Positions 17,327 through 26,832 of a stretch of 64,000 nt of DNA are shown here, piece by piece. Source of the stretch: an uncultured Candidatus Rokubacteria bacterium. Its GTDB lineage: Bacteria > Methylomirabilota > Methylomirabilia > Rokubacteriales > DASRDR01. Position numbers and translations under genes: made by a program. The notes beneath the pieces are model-generated. The model saw only the letters and a program-made list of their open reading frames with translations, did no database searches and was not told the origin of the DNA. The stretch is from positions 448,001-512,000 of the forward strand of contig CAWGVS010000010.1 in NCBI GenBank assembly GCA_963826115.1. The letters run 5' to 3'. Position 1 is the first letter of the stretch, and every line of letters starts with the position of its first letter.

Positions 17327-19693
17327 GTGAGGATGGCGATGACGCTGAAGGTCACGCGGGCGACACGCTGGTCGGCCATCGCGACGCTCCTGTTCCTCGG
17401 GATCCAGCTCTCGCTGCCCACGGCGTGGGGGCAGGCCCCGTCGATGCCGGCGACCGGCGCGCCGGCGTCGAAGGCGGCCGGTTCGCCGAGCGCGCCCCCC
17501 GCGAAGGCCGCTCCGCCGGCTGCCGCGCCCGCTCCGTCCGGCGCCGGGAAGACCGCGCCGGCGGGTTCGAGCCAGGGCTCCGCCACCGCGCCCTGGCCCC
17601 GGGAATCCACGGAGGACGGCCGCACCTACACCGTGTACCAGCCGCAGATCGAGAAGTGGGACGGCACGCGGCTCCACGCCCGGGCGGCGGTCTCCGTCGA
17701 GAACGCCGCCTCGCCCCTCCAGCATTTCGGGGTCGTGTGGTTCTCGGCGCGCGCCGAGGTCGACAAGGCCAACCGTCTCGTGGCCCTCAGCGAGTTCCGC
17801 ATCGACAAGTTCGCCTTTCCGTCGGAGCCCGACCGGGCGGCGGACTACCAGAAGGTGCTCGAGCGACACCTGCCCCGGGACGTGTCGCGGATCTCGCTCG
17901 ACCGGGTCCAGGCCGCGCTCGCGGTCACCGAGGCCCAGGTCAGCAAGGCCGCGCCCCAGCCGGTCAAGAACGAGCCGCCCCGCATCATTGTCAGCACGAC
18001 GCCGGCGGTCCTGGTGCTGGTGGACGGCAAGCCCGTCCTGCGCCCGGTCGATGGCTCGAGCCTCCTCCGGGTCGTCAACACGTGGGCGCTGATCCTCGTC
18101 GACCAGCAGGCCAACAAGCACTACCTGCGGGCCCTCGGACGGTGGTTCGAGGCGAGCGGCCTCGACGGGCCCTGGAGCGTGGTCGCCCGGCCGCCTGCCG
18201 GGATCGACGCTGCGATGCAGACCGTGGCCAAGGGGCAGCAGCGCCTGAACCTCCTGGACGATCCCGGCCCCGGGATCAAGGACGCCGCGGCGCGGGGGGT
18301 CTTCCCGACCATCTACGTCAGCGGCGTGCCGACCGAGCTGGTCCAGACCGAAGGTCGCCCGGACTACGAGCCCATCGAGGGCACGAACCTCCTGCACGTC
18401 CGGAACTCGTCGACGGGCGTCATCCTCGACCTCGGGGACCAGCGGCACTACGTCCTCCTGTCGGGACGGTGGTTCCGGAGCGCGTCCGTGACCGAGGGGC
18501 CGTGGGAGTACGTGCCCCACGACAAGCTGCCCCCGGACTTCGCGAAGATCCCCGTGACGCACCCGAAGGGCGCGGTCCTCGCGTCCGTCGCGGGGACGCC
18601 CCAGGCCCAGGAGGCCCTGATCGACAACAGCATTCCCCAGACCGCCGAGGTGAGCCGGTCGACCGCCACCTACCGCGCGGTCTACGACGGGGCGCCGAAG
18701 TTCCAGGCCATCGAGGGCACGTCTCTCCAGTACGCGGCGAACACGGCGGACCCGGTCATCCAGGTCGACCCGAAGAGCTACTACGCCTTGAAGGACGGCG
18801 TGTGGTTCGTCGCCACCGCGCCGGCCGGGCCGTGGGCGGTCGCCACGACCGTCCCCGCCGCGATCTACTCGATTCCCGTCTCCTCGCCGCTGCACTACGT
18901 GACCTACGTGCAGGTCTACGGCGCCACCCCGCAGACCGTCTACGTCGGGTACACGCCGGGCTACTACGGGACCGTCGTCGCCCCGAGCTCCGTGGTCGTG
19001 TACGGGACCGGCTACGTGTACCCCCCGGTGTACGTCGGCGCGTACTGGTATCCGCCACCCCCGACGTACGGGTACGGCGCCGGCTTCGGGTGGGGCGCGG
19101 TGACGGGCTTCGCGTTCGGCGCGGCGACCGCCGCGGTCTGGGGCGGCGCCTGGGGCTGCTGCGGCTACGACGACGTGGACATCGACCGGACCGTCAACAT
19201 CAACCGGAACGACGCCTACAACCGCTGGAACCAGAACCAGGTGCGGTCCAACCTCGAGAGCCGCGCGCAGTCGCTCACCCCGGAGCAGCGCCAGCAGGCC
19301 CAGCAGCGGGCGCAGTCCCGCGCCCAGGGCGCGACGCCCGAGCAGCGCCAGCGCGCTCAGCAAGCCGTGCAGGACCGCGGCGGGGCGGCGCGGTCCAATG
19401 ACGTCTACGCCGGCCGCGACGGCAACACCTACCGCCGGGGCGCCGAGGGCTGGGAGCAGAACTCCGGCAAGGGCTGGGACCGGGCCAGCTTCGGCCAGGG
19501 CGGGGAGTCGGCCGCCGACTTGAACCGCCAGCAGCAGGGGCGAAGCGTGGGCGCGGCCCGCGAGTCGTCCACCCAGCGCGGCGGGGGCGGCGGCTCGTAC
19601 AGTGGCGGCGGGACGCGGTCGGGCGGCGGCGGGGGCGGCGGCGCGCGGTCGGGCGGCGGGGGCCGCGGCGGAGGCGGCGGGCGCCGGCGCTGA
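17327..19693 (+). CDS. large secreted protein of unknown function with three GxWF..GPW repeats and a Gly/Arg-rich tail (paralog 1)
   Basis: Signal peptide, Pro/Ala linker, WPRE..YQPQIE; repeats GRWFEASGLDGPW, GRWFRSASVTEGPW and GVWFVATAPAGPW; Tyr/Gly-rich segment; ends GGGGRRR. Confidence 0.85.
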   Translation: MRMAMTLKVTRATRWSAIATLLFLGIQLSLPTAWGQAPSMPATGAPASKAAGSPSAPPAKAAPPAAAPAPSGAGKTAPAGSSQGSATAPWPRESTEDGRTYTVYQPQIEKWDGTRLHARAAVSVENAASPLQHFGVVWFSARAEVDKANRLVALSEFRIDKFAFPSEPDRAADYQKVLERHLPRDVSRISLDRVQAALAVTEAQVSKAAPQPVKNEPPRIIVSTTPAVLVLVDGKPVLRPVDGSSLLRVVNTWALILVDQQANKHYLRALGRWFEASGLDGPWSVVARPPAGIDAAMQTVAKGQQRLNLLDDPGPGIKDAAARGVFPTIYVSGVPTELVQTEGRPDYEPIEGTNLLHVRNSSTGVILDLGDQRHYVLLSGRWFRSASVTEGPWEYVPHDKLPPDFAKIPVTHPKGAVLASVAGTPQAQEALIDNSIPQTAEVSRSTATYRAVYDGAPKFQAIEGTSLQYAANTADPVIQVDPKSYYALKDGVWFVATAPAGPWAVATTVPAAIYSIPVSSPLHYVTYVQVYGATPQTVYVGYTPGYYGTVVAPSSVVVYGTGYVYPPVYVGAYWYPPPPTYGYGAGFGWGAVTGFAFGAATAAVWGGAWGCCGYDDVDIDRTVNINRNDAYNRWNQNQVRSNLESRAQSLTPEQRQQAQQRAQSRAQGATPEQRQRAQQAVQDRGGAARSNDVYAGRDGNTYRRGAEGWEQNSGKGWDRASFGQGGESAADLNRQQQGRSVGAARESSTQRGGGGGSYSGGGTRSGGGGGGGARSGGGGRGGGGGRRR

Positions 19694-19704
19694 CCCGCGG
19701 TCGG

Positions 19705-21855
19705 CTACGACCGGCGCGGGCGCGTGATCCCGAGCTTCCGCATGCGGTTCCGCAGCGTGCTCGGGTTCAGCCCGAGGCGGTCGGCGGCCTGACCGCGGCC
19801 CTCGATCGTCCACCCGCAGCGCTCGAGCACCTGGACGATGTGCGCCCGCTCGGTGTCCTGGAGCGTCTCGGTCGAGCGGCGGCGCTCGCCGCTGTCCCGG
19901 TCGGTCGCGGCGGCTCCCAGCGCTTCCTCGACGCGGAGGACGGGGCCCGGCGAGAGGATCATGGCCCGCTCGATCACGTTCTGGAGCTCGCGGACGTTGC
20001 CGGGCCAGTCGTAGGCCTCCAGGCGGGCCATCGTGGCCTTGGGGATCCTTGTGATCCGCCGGTTCAGGGCCCGCTGGCGTGACTGGATGAAGTGCCAGAC
20101 GAGGGGCGCGATGTCCTCCCGGCGGTCCCGGAGCGGCGGCAGCTCGATCGGGAAGACGCTCAGGCGGTAGTAGAGGTCCGACCGGAACCGACCCTCGCGC
20201 TCCTCCCGGCGAAGCTCGCGGTTCGTGGCCGCCACGATGCGGACGTCGACCTTGCGCGATGCGGTCGAGCCGAGCCGCTGGATCTCGCCGTCCTCGAGCA
20301 CCCGGAGGAGCTTCGCCTGGAGGGCAGGCTCCAGCTCCCCGAGCTCGTCGAGGAGGAGGGTCCCCTGGTCCGCGAGCTCGAACCGCCCGAGCTTCGCGTG
20401 GGTTGCGCCGGTGAAGGCGCCCTTCTCGTGCCCGAAGAGCTCGCTCTCGATGAGCGTGGCGGGCAGGGCCGCGCAGTTGATCGCGACGAACGGGCCGGCG
20501 CGCCGGCGGCTCTGTGCGTGAAGCGCGCGGGCGATGAGCTCCTTGCCGGTGCCGGTCTCCCCCAGGAGCAGGACGGGCGCGGTGGTGTCGGCCACCTGGC
20601 GGACCTTCCCGAGCGCCGACCGGAGGACGGGGCTCTGGCCGACGATGTCGCCGAAGTCGTTCGCCTCGACGAGCTCCGCCTGGAGGTAGACGTTCTCGGC
20701 GGCCAGCCGCTCGCGGAGCCGCTCGTTCTCCGCCAGCGCCGCGCGGAGAGCGAGGTCGGTGTCCCGCCGGCCGAGGGCGCTCGCGATGATCTCGCCGAGC
20801 AGCCGCAGGCGCGCCACGAGATCCGGCGACCACCGCTGCTCTCGCGTGGATGTCGCGAACATCAGCTCGCCGATGACCCGGTCCTCGTTGACCATCGGGG
20901 CGAGGGCGCCCGAGATGACTCCGTTCCGCTCGAGCGTGGCGCGGTCTCGGGCGGCCTCAGGGGGCAGCTCGTCCAGCCGCGTCAGGGCCACGAGCTCGCG
21001 CGCGTCGAACACCCGGGAGAGCAGCCACGGGAACGCGTCCAGCGTGTCGGTGCGGGGCGGGCCGCTCACGCCCTCGCGCACCCACAGGTGAGTGCGGACC
21101 AAGAGCTCGGTCTCCACGTCTCGCTGGATGACGGCAGCCCGATCCGCGCCGAGCAGCTCCCCGAGGGTTCGCAGCGTCGTCGTGATCTGGTCATCGATCT
21201 GGTCCGCCGGCACCCGCATCAGGCTCGCCGACTGCCCTGCGACGATCTGGTCGAACTCGATGGCCTGTCGGAGGGCGCGCTCGGCTTCCTGGCGGCCGAC
21301 GGCGCTCGCCAGGATCCCGCCGACAAGCCGGAGGCGAGCGACCAGATCCGGCGACCACCGCTGCTCCCGGAGGGCCGTCGCACAGGAGATGATGCCCACG
21401 ACTCGGTCGTCGACCACCATCGGCGCGAGCGCGCAGGAGGCGACGACGTTCCGCTCGAGCGACCTGCGGTCCTGCGCGGCCTCCGGCGGGAGCTCGTCGA
21501 GCCGCGTCAGCGCGATGACCTCCCGGGCCTCGTAGAGCCGCGTGGTCATCCACGGGAACGCCTGGATCGAGTCAACCGTCGGCGGGGAGGGCGTGCCCGT
21601 CCGTACCCACTGGTGAGTCCGGGTCAGGCGCTCGGGAGGATCGACCCGGAAGACGCTCACCCGGTCGGCCCCCAGGAGCTCCCCGACGGTCTCCAGCGCC
21701 TGGACGATGTGGGCGTCGATGGCCTCGACCGGCACGTGTATCAAGGTCGCCGCGATCGTGGCGACCGCCTGGTCGAACTCGATGGCCTGCTGGAGGGCCT
21801 GGTCGGTGTCCGTGGGCGCACCGGGCGGTGACGACAGGTTCCGGATCGAGCGCAG
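19705..21855 (-). CDS. sigma54-dependent activator (bEBP): tandem GAF domains, AAA+, Fis-type HTH; probable CTG start
   Basis: GETGTGKE, intact [22 protein letters not shown] and [12 protein letters not shown] motifs; two duplicated GAF modules. The frame stays open upstream of the track start (21744) to a CTG with an AGAGGGG RBS. Confidence 0.9.
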   Translation of the reverse strand: MRSIRNLSSPPGAPTDTDQALQQAIEFDQAVATIAATLIHVPVEAIDAHIVQALETVGELLGADRVSVFRVDPPERLTRTHQWVRTGTPSPPTVDSIQAFPWMTTRLYEAREVIALTRLDELPPEAAQDRRSLERNVVASCALAPMVVDDRVVGIISCATALREQRWSPDLVARLRLVGGILASAVGRQEAERALRQAIEFDQIVAGQSASLMRVPADQIDDQITTTLRTLGELLGADRAAVIQRDVETELLVRTHLWVREGVSGPPRTDTLDAFPWLLSRVFDARELVALTRLDELPPEAARDRATLERNGVISGALAPMVNEDRVIGELMFATSTREQRWSPDLVARLRLLGEIIASALGRRDTDLALRAALAENERLRERLAAENVYLQAELVEANDFGDIVGQSPVLRSALGKVRQVADTTAPVLLLGETGTGKELIARALHAQSRRRAGPFVAINCAALPATLIESELFGHEKGAFTGATHAKLGRFELADQGTLLLDELGELEPALQAKLLRVLEDGEIQRLGSTASRKVDVRIVAATNRELRREEREGRFRSDLYYRLSVFPIELPPLRDRREDIAPLVWHFIQSRQRALNRRITRIPKATMARLEAYDWPGNVRELQNVIERAMILSPGPVLRVEEALGAAATDRDSGERRRSTETLQDTERAHIVQVLERCGWTIEGRGQAADRLGLNPSTLRNRMRKLGITRPRRS

Positions 21856-21978
21856 GTTGCGTACCCCTCTCGGTGTTGGTATGCGACGCCCGCCTCGTGT
21901 AGGTCCCCCGGCGGCACGGGCAGTATGGCATTATCCCGCGGGGCTTTCCAGATCGTGCCCGATGTCGTCGACATCGGG

Positions 21979-22014
21979 CCGCCGCATGTGGCGGCGGACC
22001 ATCATCGGTGGCGG
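21979..22014. promoter_or_regulatory. tandem palindromic putative enhancer (UAS) pair C
   Basis: CCGCCGCATGTGGCGG (21979-21994) and CCATCATCGGTGGCGG (21999-22014) in the divergent intergenic region next to the bEBP. Confidence 0.55.
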
Positions 22015-22091
22015 GCACGAGGCGGGGGTCGAGTCTCGGGTCCGGTGGGTTTCCATTGTGTTGTCACTGGTTTCCGGCTCGGCCAGCCCGG

Positions 22092-22106
22092 TGGAACGCT
22101 TCTTGC
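22092..22106 (+). promoter_or_regulatory. sigma54 promoter
   Basis: TGGAACGCTTCTTGC (one mismatch to TGGCAC-N5-TTGC), about 50 nt before ATG 22159. Confidence 0.72.
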
Positions 22107-22158
22107 CCTCGGTACGCGCGGGCGAACGGATGCGCTCGTCGAGGGGAGGTCCGGCCAG

Positions 22159-22503
22159 ATGGGATTCCGGTTGATCATGTGCGAGTCGGCCGACCTGACG
22201 ACCATCCGGGCCGTCGGGCGTCTCCGCGACGACGCCGTGGCGCTCCTCGGCGACACCTGCGGCGGGGCCAGGCGCCCTCTCGTCCTGGACCTCAGCGAGC
22301 TCACGGGCGCCGGCGAGGCCGGCGTGCTCCTGCTCGCCCGACTCAAAGGCGAGGGGGTGCACCTCCTGGGGGCGTCTCCCTATGTTAGGCTCCTGCTGGA
22401 CCGCACGGCGGGGACGGCGAGCTCACCCGTCTCTCGCAGGCGCGGCAGCTCGCGGTCCCCGGGCGGGTCTCGGACCGCCGCCCGCGGGAAGCCCCGCCCA
22501 TGA
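22159..22503 (+). CDS. small STAS-like protein
   Basis: GGGGAGG RBS; TIRAVGRL, LVLDLSEL...AGVLLL and ASPYVRLLL resemble the STAS fold pattern. Confidence 0.65.
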   Translation: MGFRLIMCESADLTTIRAVGRLRDDAVALLGDTCGGARRPLVLDLSELTGAGEAGVLLLARLKGEGVHLLGASPYVRLLLDRTAGTASSPVSRRRGSSRSPGGSRTAARGKPRP

Positions 22504-22617
22504 CGGTTCCTCCGGAGATGGGGGCATGCGCGTCTCGGCCGGGGCAGGGCTGCCCCGCAGGGGCGCGACCGAGCGTGTCCGACGGCCGTGATTCCGCGAA
22601 GTCCGGCGCGTGATCGA

Positions 22618-22632
22618 TGGCACTGCGATTGC
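22618..22632 (+). promoter_or_regulatory. sigma54 promoter of the porin-decarboxylase-antiporter operon
   Basis: TGGCACTGCGATTGC, exact consensus; weaker UAS-like pair at 22491-22524. Confidence 0.8.
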
Positions 22633-22679
22633 TCTCGTGGAGACGGGACCCCCGTTTCCGCGAGCCCGGAGGTGAGAGG

Positions 22680-24008
22680 ATGACGGCCACGAGCCGCTCG
22701 AAACTGGTAGCCGTGCTCTTCGCGCTCGGCGCGATGACGTGGGCGGGATCGGCCGCCGCCGAGGACGATCCGCCACCGCCACCCAGTCCCCCGCTGGAGC
22801 GCCTCTTCGCCCCTGTCAAGGAGGCGATGAAGGATCTGCCGCCCGTCCTGCGGGACACCGACCTGAAGATCCACTTCCGCACGTACTACCTCACCCGCGA
22901 GAGCCCCGCCGGCGTCGAGAACGAGGCGTGGGCGTTCGGGGGATGGCTCTCCTACCGATCCGGCTGGCTTTTCGACATGTTCGGCGTCGGCGCCACGTTC
23001 TACGGTTCGGCGCCCCTCTACGCGCCCGACGAGAAGGATGGCACGACCCTCCTCAAGACCGGGCAGGACGGCTACTACGTCGTCGGCGAGGCCTACGCGG
23101 CCCTCCGGTACCTGGACTACGTGCTGGCCAAGGGCTACCGGCAGGAGGTCACCCAGGGCTACATCAACCGCGAAGACAACCGGATGACGCCGAACACCTT
23201 CGAGGGCCTCACGGTCGGCGGAAAAGTGGGGCCGGTCGAGTACCTTGGCGGGTACCTCTGGAAGATGAAGGCCCGGAACTCCGACGACTTCCTGTCGATG
23301 GCCGAGCAGGCGGGCGCGCCGGCGGGCAACGACGACGGCGTCGCCATGTTCGGGGTGAGGATCAAGCCCATCCCGGGCCTCATGCTCGAGCTCAACGAGC
23401 AGTACGGGTTCAACACGTTCAACACGATCTGGGCCCTCGCCGAGTACGCGCACAAGCTCTCGGACGACCTGAACCTCGTCTTCGGCGGCCAGTTCACCGA
23501 TCAGCGGGCGGTGGGCGACAAGCTCCTGACGAACGCGGCGACCCAGGACTGGGACACCTACAACGTGAGCCTCAAGGCGGCGGTGGGCTGGAAGGATCTG
23601 ACCGTTTCCGTCCTGGGGCAGGTGACCGGCGACGGGAACACGGCCCAGGCGCCGTGGGGGAGCTACCCCGGCTACCTCTCGCTGATCCAGGAGGACTTCC
23701 AGCGGGCGAACGAGAAGGCGGTGGGCGTCGGCGTGGCCTACGACTTCTCGAAGTTCGTCACGCCGGGCCTCAGCGCCTTCGCGACCATCGGCTGGGGCTG
23801 GGACGCGATCGACCCGAAGACCCGGGCGAACGCGCCGGACCAGACCGAGTACGACCTCACCGTCGACTACCGGCCGCCCTTCAAGACGCCCGCGTTCCTG
23901 CAGGGCATGTGGCTCCGCGTGCGCGGCGTCATCCTGGACCAGCAGGGCGCCGACCAGCTCGGCTGGCAGGTCCGCCTGATCCTCAACTGGGAACGCGACC
24001 TGCTCTGA
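22680..24008 (+). CDS. OprD-family outer membrane porin
   Basis: Signal peptide; HFRTYY, YRSGW, KGYRQ...INREDNRMTPNTFEG, EYDLTVDY and C-terminal RLILNW. Confidence 0.82.
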   Translation: MTATSRSKLVAVLFALGAMTWAGSAAAEDDPPPPPSPPLERLFAPVKEAMKDLPPVLRDTDLKIHFRTYYLTRESPAGVENEAWAFGGWLSYRSGWLFDMFGVGATFYGSAPLYAPDEKDGTTLLKTGQDGYYVVGEAYAALRYLDYVLAKGYRQEVTQGYINREDNRMTPNTFEGLTVGGKVGPVEYLGGYLWKMKARNSDDFLSMAEQAGAPAGNDDGVAMFGVRIKPIPGLMLELNEQYGFNTFNTIWALAEYAHKLSDDLNLVFGGQFTDQRAVGDKLLTNAATQDWDTYNVSLKAAVGWKDLTVSVLGQVTGDGNTAQAPWGSYPGYLSLIQEDFQRANEKAVGVGVAYDFSKFVTPGLSAFATIGWGWDAIDPKTRANAPDQTEYDLTVDYRPPFKTPAFLQGMWLRVRGVILDQQGADQLGWQVRLILNWERDLL

Positions 24009-24047
24009 GATCCCAACAAGTCGCCATTGCGATCGGGAGAGTGACTC

Positions 24048-26801
24048 ATGACTGATACCACCCGGGCCGTGGACCTTCGCGCCTTCTTCTCCGCCTCGGA
24101 GGCACGCATCGACCGGTGGCGGACGCTGAACCGCGTCGCCAAGGCGCTCGCCGGCGGTGGGGTCTCGCCGGCGGGGGGGCATGCGGGGGACCCGAAGGCG
24201 CTCCTGGCCGAGCTCGCGCCGCTCGAGGCGCTGTGCGGCTACCCCGGGCCCCGCCTGATGAGCCTGGTGCACGAGCGCCTGCAGACCGGGGACTTCACCG
24301 GATTCTCGCGCCTGGTCCAGCGGATCAGCGGCGCGCTCCTCAGCAACAGCTACCGGGACGACCCGGAGTCGTGGAAGGCGGACGAGGAGGGCGAGGCGCA
24401 CTTGCCCGACGTCCTGCCGCCGACGCTGGGCCGGGGCCAGAGCCGCCGGCCGTACTTCGAGCTCCTCATCGTCTCGCCCGCGGAGCACTCCGCGTGGCCG
24501 GAGATCCGGGAGACGTTCCGCCGCCTGCGACGGGTCGAGGACGATTTCCTGTACGAGCCCGTCGTCGTCGGAAGCTTCGAGGACGCGGTCCTGGCCGTGG
24601 TCTTCAACGCGAACCTCCAGGCGGTCGTGATCAGCGACGGATTCGGCTACCCCTCGCAGCACACGATGCCGGTTCTGCGGGAGATCCTCACCCGTCAGGT
24701 GCAGGTCGCCGAGTCCGCGCGCAGCGGCGACCTCGGGACGCTCCTGGCCCAGATGGTCAAGCGGTGGCGCCCGGAGCTCGACGTCTACCTGACGACCGAC
24801 CGCGACGTCGCCGCGCTCGCGGGCTCCGACGATGCGGCGCCGATCCGGCGAATCTTCTACGGGGTCGAGGAGCCGATGGAGATCCACCTGGCGGTCCTCG
24901 ACGGCGTGCAGGACCGCTACGAGACGCCCTACTTCAACAATCTCAAGAAGTACGCCGAGCGTCCGATCGGCACGTTCCACGCGCTCCCGATCGCCCGCGG
25001 GAAGTCGATCTTCAAGTCGAACTGGATCCGCGACATGGGCGAGTTCTACGGGATCAACCTCTTCCTCGCCGAGTCCTCGGCGACCACCGGGGGCCTCGAC
25101 AGCCTGCTCGAGCCGACGGGCAACATCAAGGTCGCGCAGGACAAGGCCGCCCGCGCGCTGGGCGGGGACCGCAGCTTCTTCGTCACGAACGGCACGTCCA
25201 CGTCGAACAAGATCGTCCACCAGGCGCTCCTCCGGCCGGGCGACATCGTCCTGATCGACCGGGACTGCCACAAGTCGCACCACTACGGGCTCGTGCTCGC
25301 TGGCGCCCAGCCGCTGTACATCGACGCCTTCCCGCTCACGCAGTACTCGATGTACGGGAGCCTCGCCATCAAGCCGCTCAAGAAGGCGCTCCTCCAGCTG
25401 AAGGCGGAGGGCAAGCTCGACCGCGCGAAGCTGGTGGTCCTGACGAACTGCACGTTCGACGGCCACGTCGCGAACGTGAAGCGCACCATGCTGGAGTGTC
25501 TTGCCATCAAGCCGGACCTCATCTTCCTCTGGGACGAGGCGTGGTTCGGGTTCGCGCGCTTCTCACCGTTCCTCCGGCGACGCACCGGTATGGGCGCGGC
25601 CGCGGCAATCCGCGAGCTGATGCAGAGCCCCGAGTACCGGAAGCGCTACGAGGCGTTCAAGGCCAGTGCGGGCAAGCTCGACCCGAAGGACCCGAAGCTC
25701 GTGGACATGGAGCTCCTGCCGGATCCGGACAAGGTGCGCGTCCGCGTCTACGAGACCGACTCAGTGCACAAGTCGATGTCCTCGCTCCGTCAGGGCTCGA
25801 TCATCGTGGTCGCGGACCAGGACTTCCACACGGTCGAGCCGTCCTTCAAGGAGGCGTTCTTCACCCACACCTCGACCTCGCCCAACCTCCAGATCATCGC
25901 GTCGCTCGACGTGGCGCGGCGGCAGATGGAACTGGAGGGCTACGAGCTGGTCGGGCGGGCCATCCAGCTGGCGCTCGAGATCCGGCGACAGGTCAACGCG
26001 CACCCGCTCATCTCGAAGTACTTCCGCATCGCCACGCCGGCCGAGATGATCCCCGCGGAGTACCGGAAGTCGGGCTTCACCGACTGGGGCGCGCCGGGCT
26101 GGACGATGAACGACACGATGGGGGCGCTGGACAACGACGAGTTCTACCTCGACCCGACCCGGATCACGCTCCTCTGCGGCGCCGCGGGGTACGACGGCTC
26201 CCAGTTCAAGGCGATCCTCGCCAGCGAGCACGACATCCAGATCAACAAGACCTCGCGCAACAGCGTGCTCGTTCAGATCAACATCAACAACACGCGGAGC
26301 GACCTGGCGCACCTCATCAAGGCGCTGGCGGACATGGCGCGGGGGATCGAGAAGCGGCTCGCCGAGGGGGGCGAGGAGGAGCGCGCGGTCTTCAAGGCGC
26401 GCGTGAAGTCGCTGGTCGAGGACGTGCCCGACTTGCCAGACTTCCAGCGCTTCCACGACGCCTTCCGCGACGACCCGAAGGGGCAGACCCAGGAAGGGCA
26501 CATGCGCGAGGCGTACTACATGGCGTACGATGCCGCCAACATCGAGCACGTCAAGCTGAACAGTAAGGAGATCGACGAGCGGCTCGCGAAGGGCCCGGAG
26601 CTTGTCTCCGCGAAGTTCGTGATCCCGTACCCGCCGGGCTTCCCGATCATGGTGCCCGGCCAGGTCGTCACGAAGGAGATCATCACGTTCATGCGGAAGC
26701 TCGACGTGAAGGAGATCCACGGCTACAACGCCGGCAAGGGACTCGAGCTCCTGAAGCCCGACGCGCTGGCCAAGCACCGAACGAAGGCCTCCGGGCGCTA
26801 G
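24048..26801 (+). CDS. Orn/Lys/Arg decarboxylase family (fold-type I PLP), long form
   Basis: FVTNGTSTSNKIV, DRDCHKSHHY, WDEAW, PLP-lysine SVHKS, HTSTSP, LDPTRIT and PYPPGFP motifs. Confidence 0.92.
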   Translation: MTDTTRAVDLRAFFSASEARIDRWRTLNRVAKALAGGGVSPAGGHAGDPKALLAELAPLEALCGYPGPRLMSLVHERLQTGDFTGFSRLVQRISGALLSNSYRDDPESWKADEEGEAHLPDVLPPTLGRGQSRRPYFELLIVSPAEHSAWPEIRETFRRLRRVEDDFLYEPVVVGSFEDAVLAVVFNANLQAVVISDGFGYPSQHTMPVLREILTRQVQVAESARSGDLGTLLAQMVKRWRPELDVYLTTDRDVAALAGSDDAAPIRRIFYGVEEPMEIHLAVLDGVQDRYETPYFNNLKKYAERPIGTFHALPIARGKSIFKSNWIRDMGEFYGINLFLAESSATTGGLDSLLEPTGNIKVAQDKAARALGGDRSFFVTNGTSTSNKIVHQALLRPGDIVLIDRDCHKSHHYGLVLAGAQPLYIDAFPLTQYSMYGSLAIKPLKKALLQLKAEGKLDRAKLVVLTNCTFDGHVANVKRTMLECLAIKPDLIFLWDEAWFGFARFSPFLRRRTGMGAAAAIRELMQSPEYRKRYEAFKASAGKLDPKDPKLVDMELLPDPDKVRVRVYETDSVHKSMSSLRQGSIIVVADQDFHTVEPSFKEAFFTHTSTSPNLQIIASLDVARRQMELEGYELVGRAIQLALEIRRQVNAHPLISKYFRIATPAEMIPAEYRKSGFTDWGAPGWTMNDTMGALDNDEFYLDPTRITLLCGAAGYDGSQFKAILASEHDIQINKTSRNSVLVQININNTRSDLAHLIKALADMARGIEKRLAEGGEEERAVFKARVKSLVEDVPDLPDFQRFHDAFRDDPKGQTQEGHMREAYYMAYDAANIEHVKLNSKEIDERLAKGPELVSAKFVIPYPPGFPIMVPGQVVTKEIITFMRKLDVKEIHGYNAGKGLELLKPDALAKHRTKASGR

Positions 26802-26832
26802 ACCCGAACCGGCCACGTAGACGGAGGGCACG

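Noticed and set aside
19580-19693. GGC-rich tandem repeats (also 42975-43059)
   Set aside because: In-frame poly-Gly coding tails, not CRISPR or VNTR elements.
16490-20833. 1447-aa minus-strand ORF, and similar long ORFs such as 1433-3544, 22380-25466, 35366-38311, 43235-45892 and 59488-63015
   Set aside because: Antisense or off-frame shadows of well-supported genes. High GC3 suppresses stop codons; the translations are Arg/Gly/Pro-rich with no motifs.
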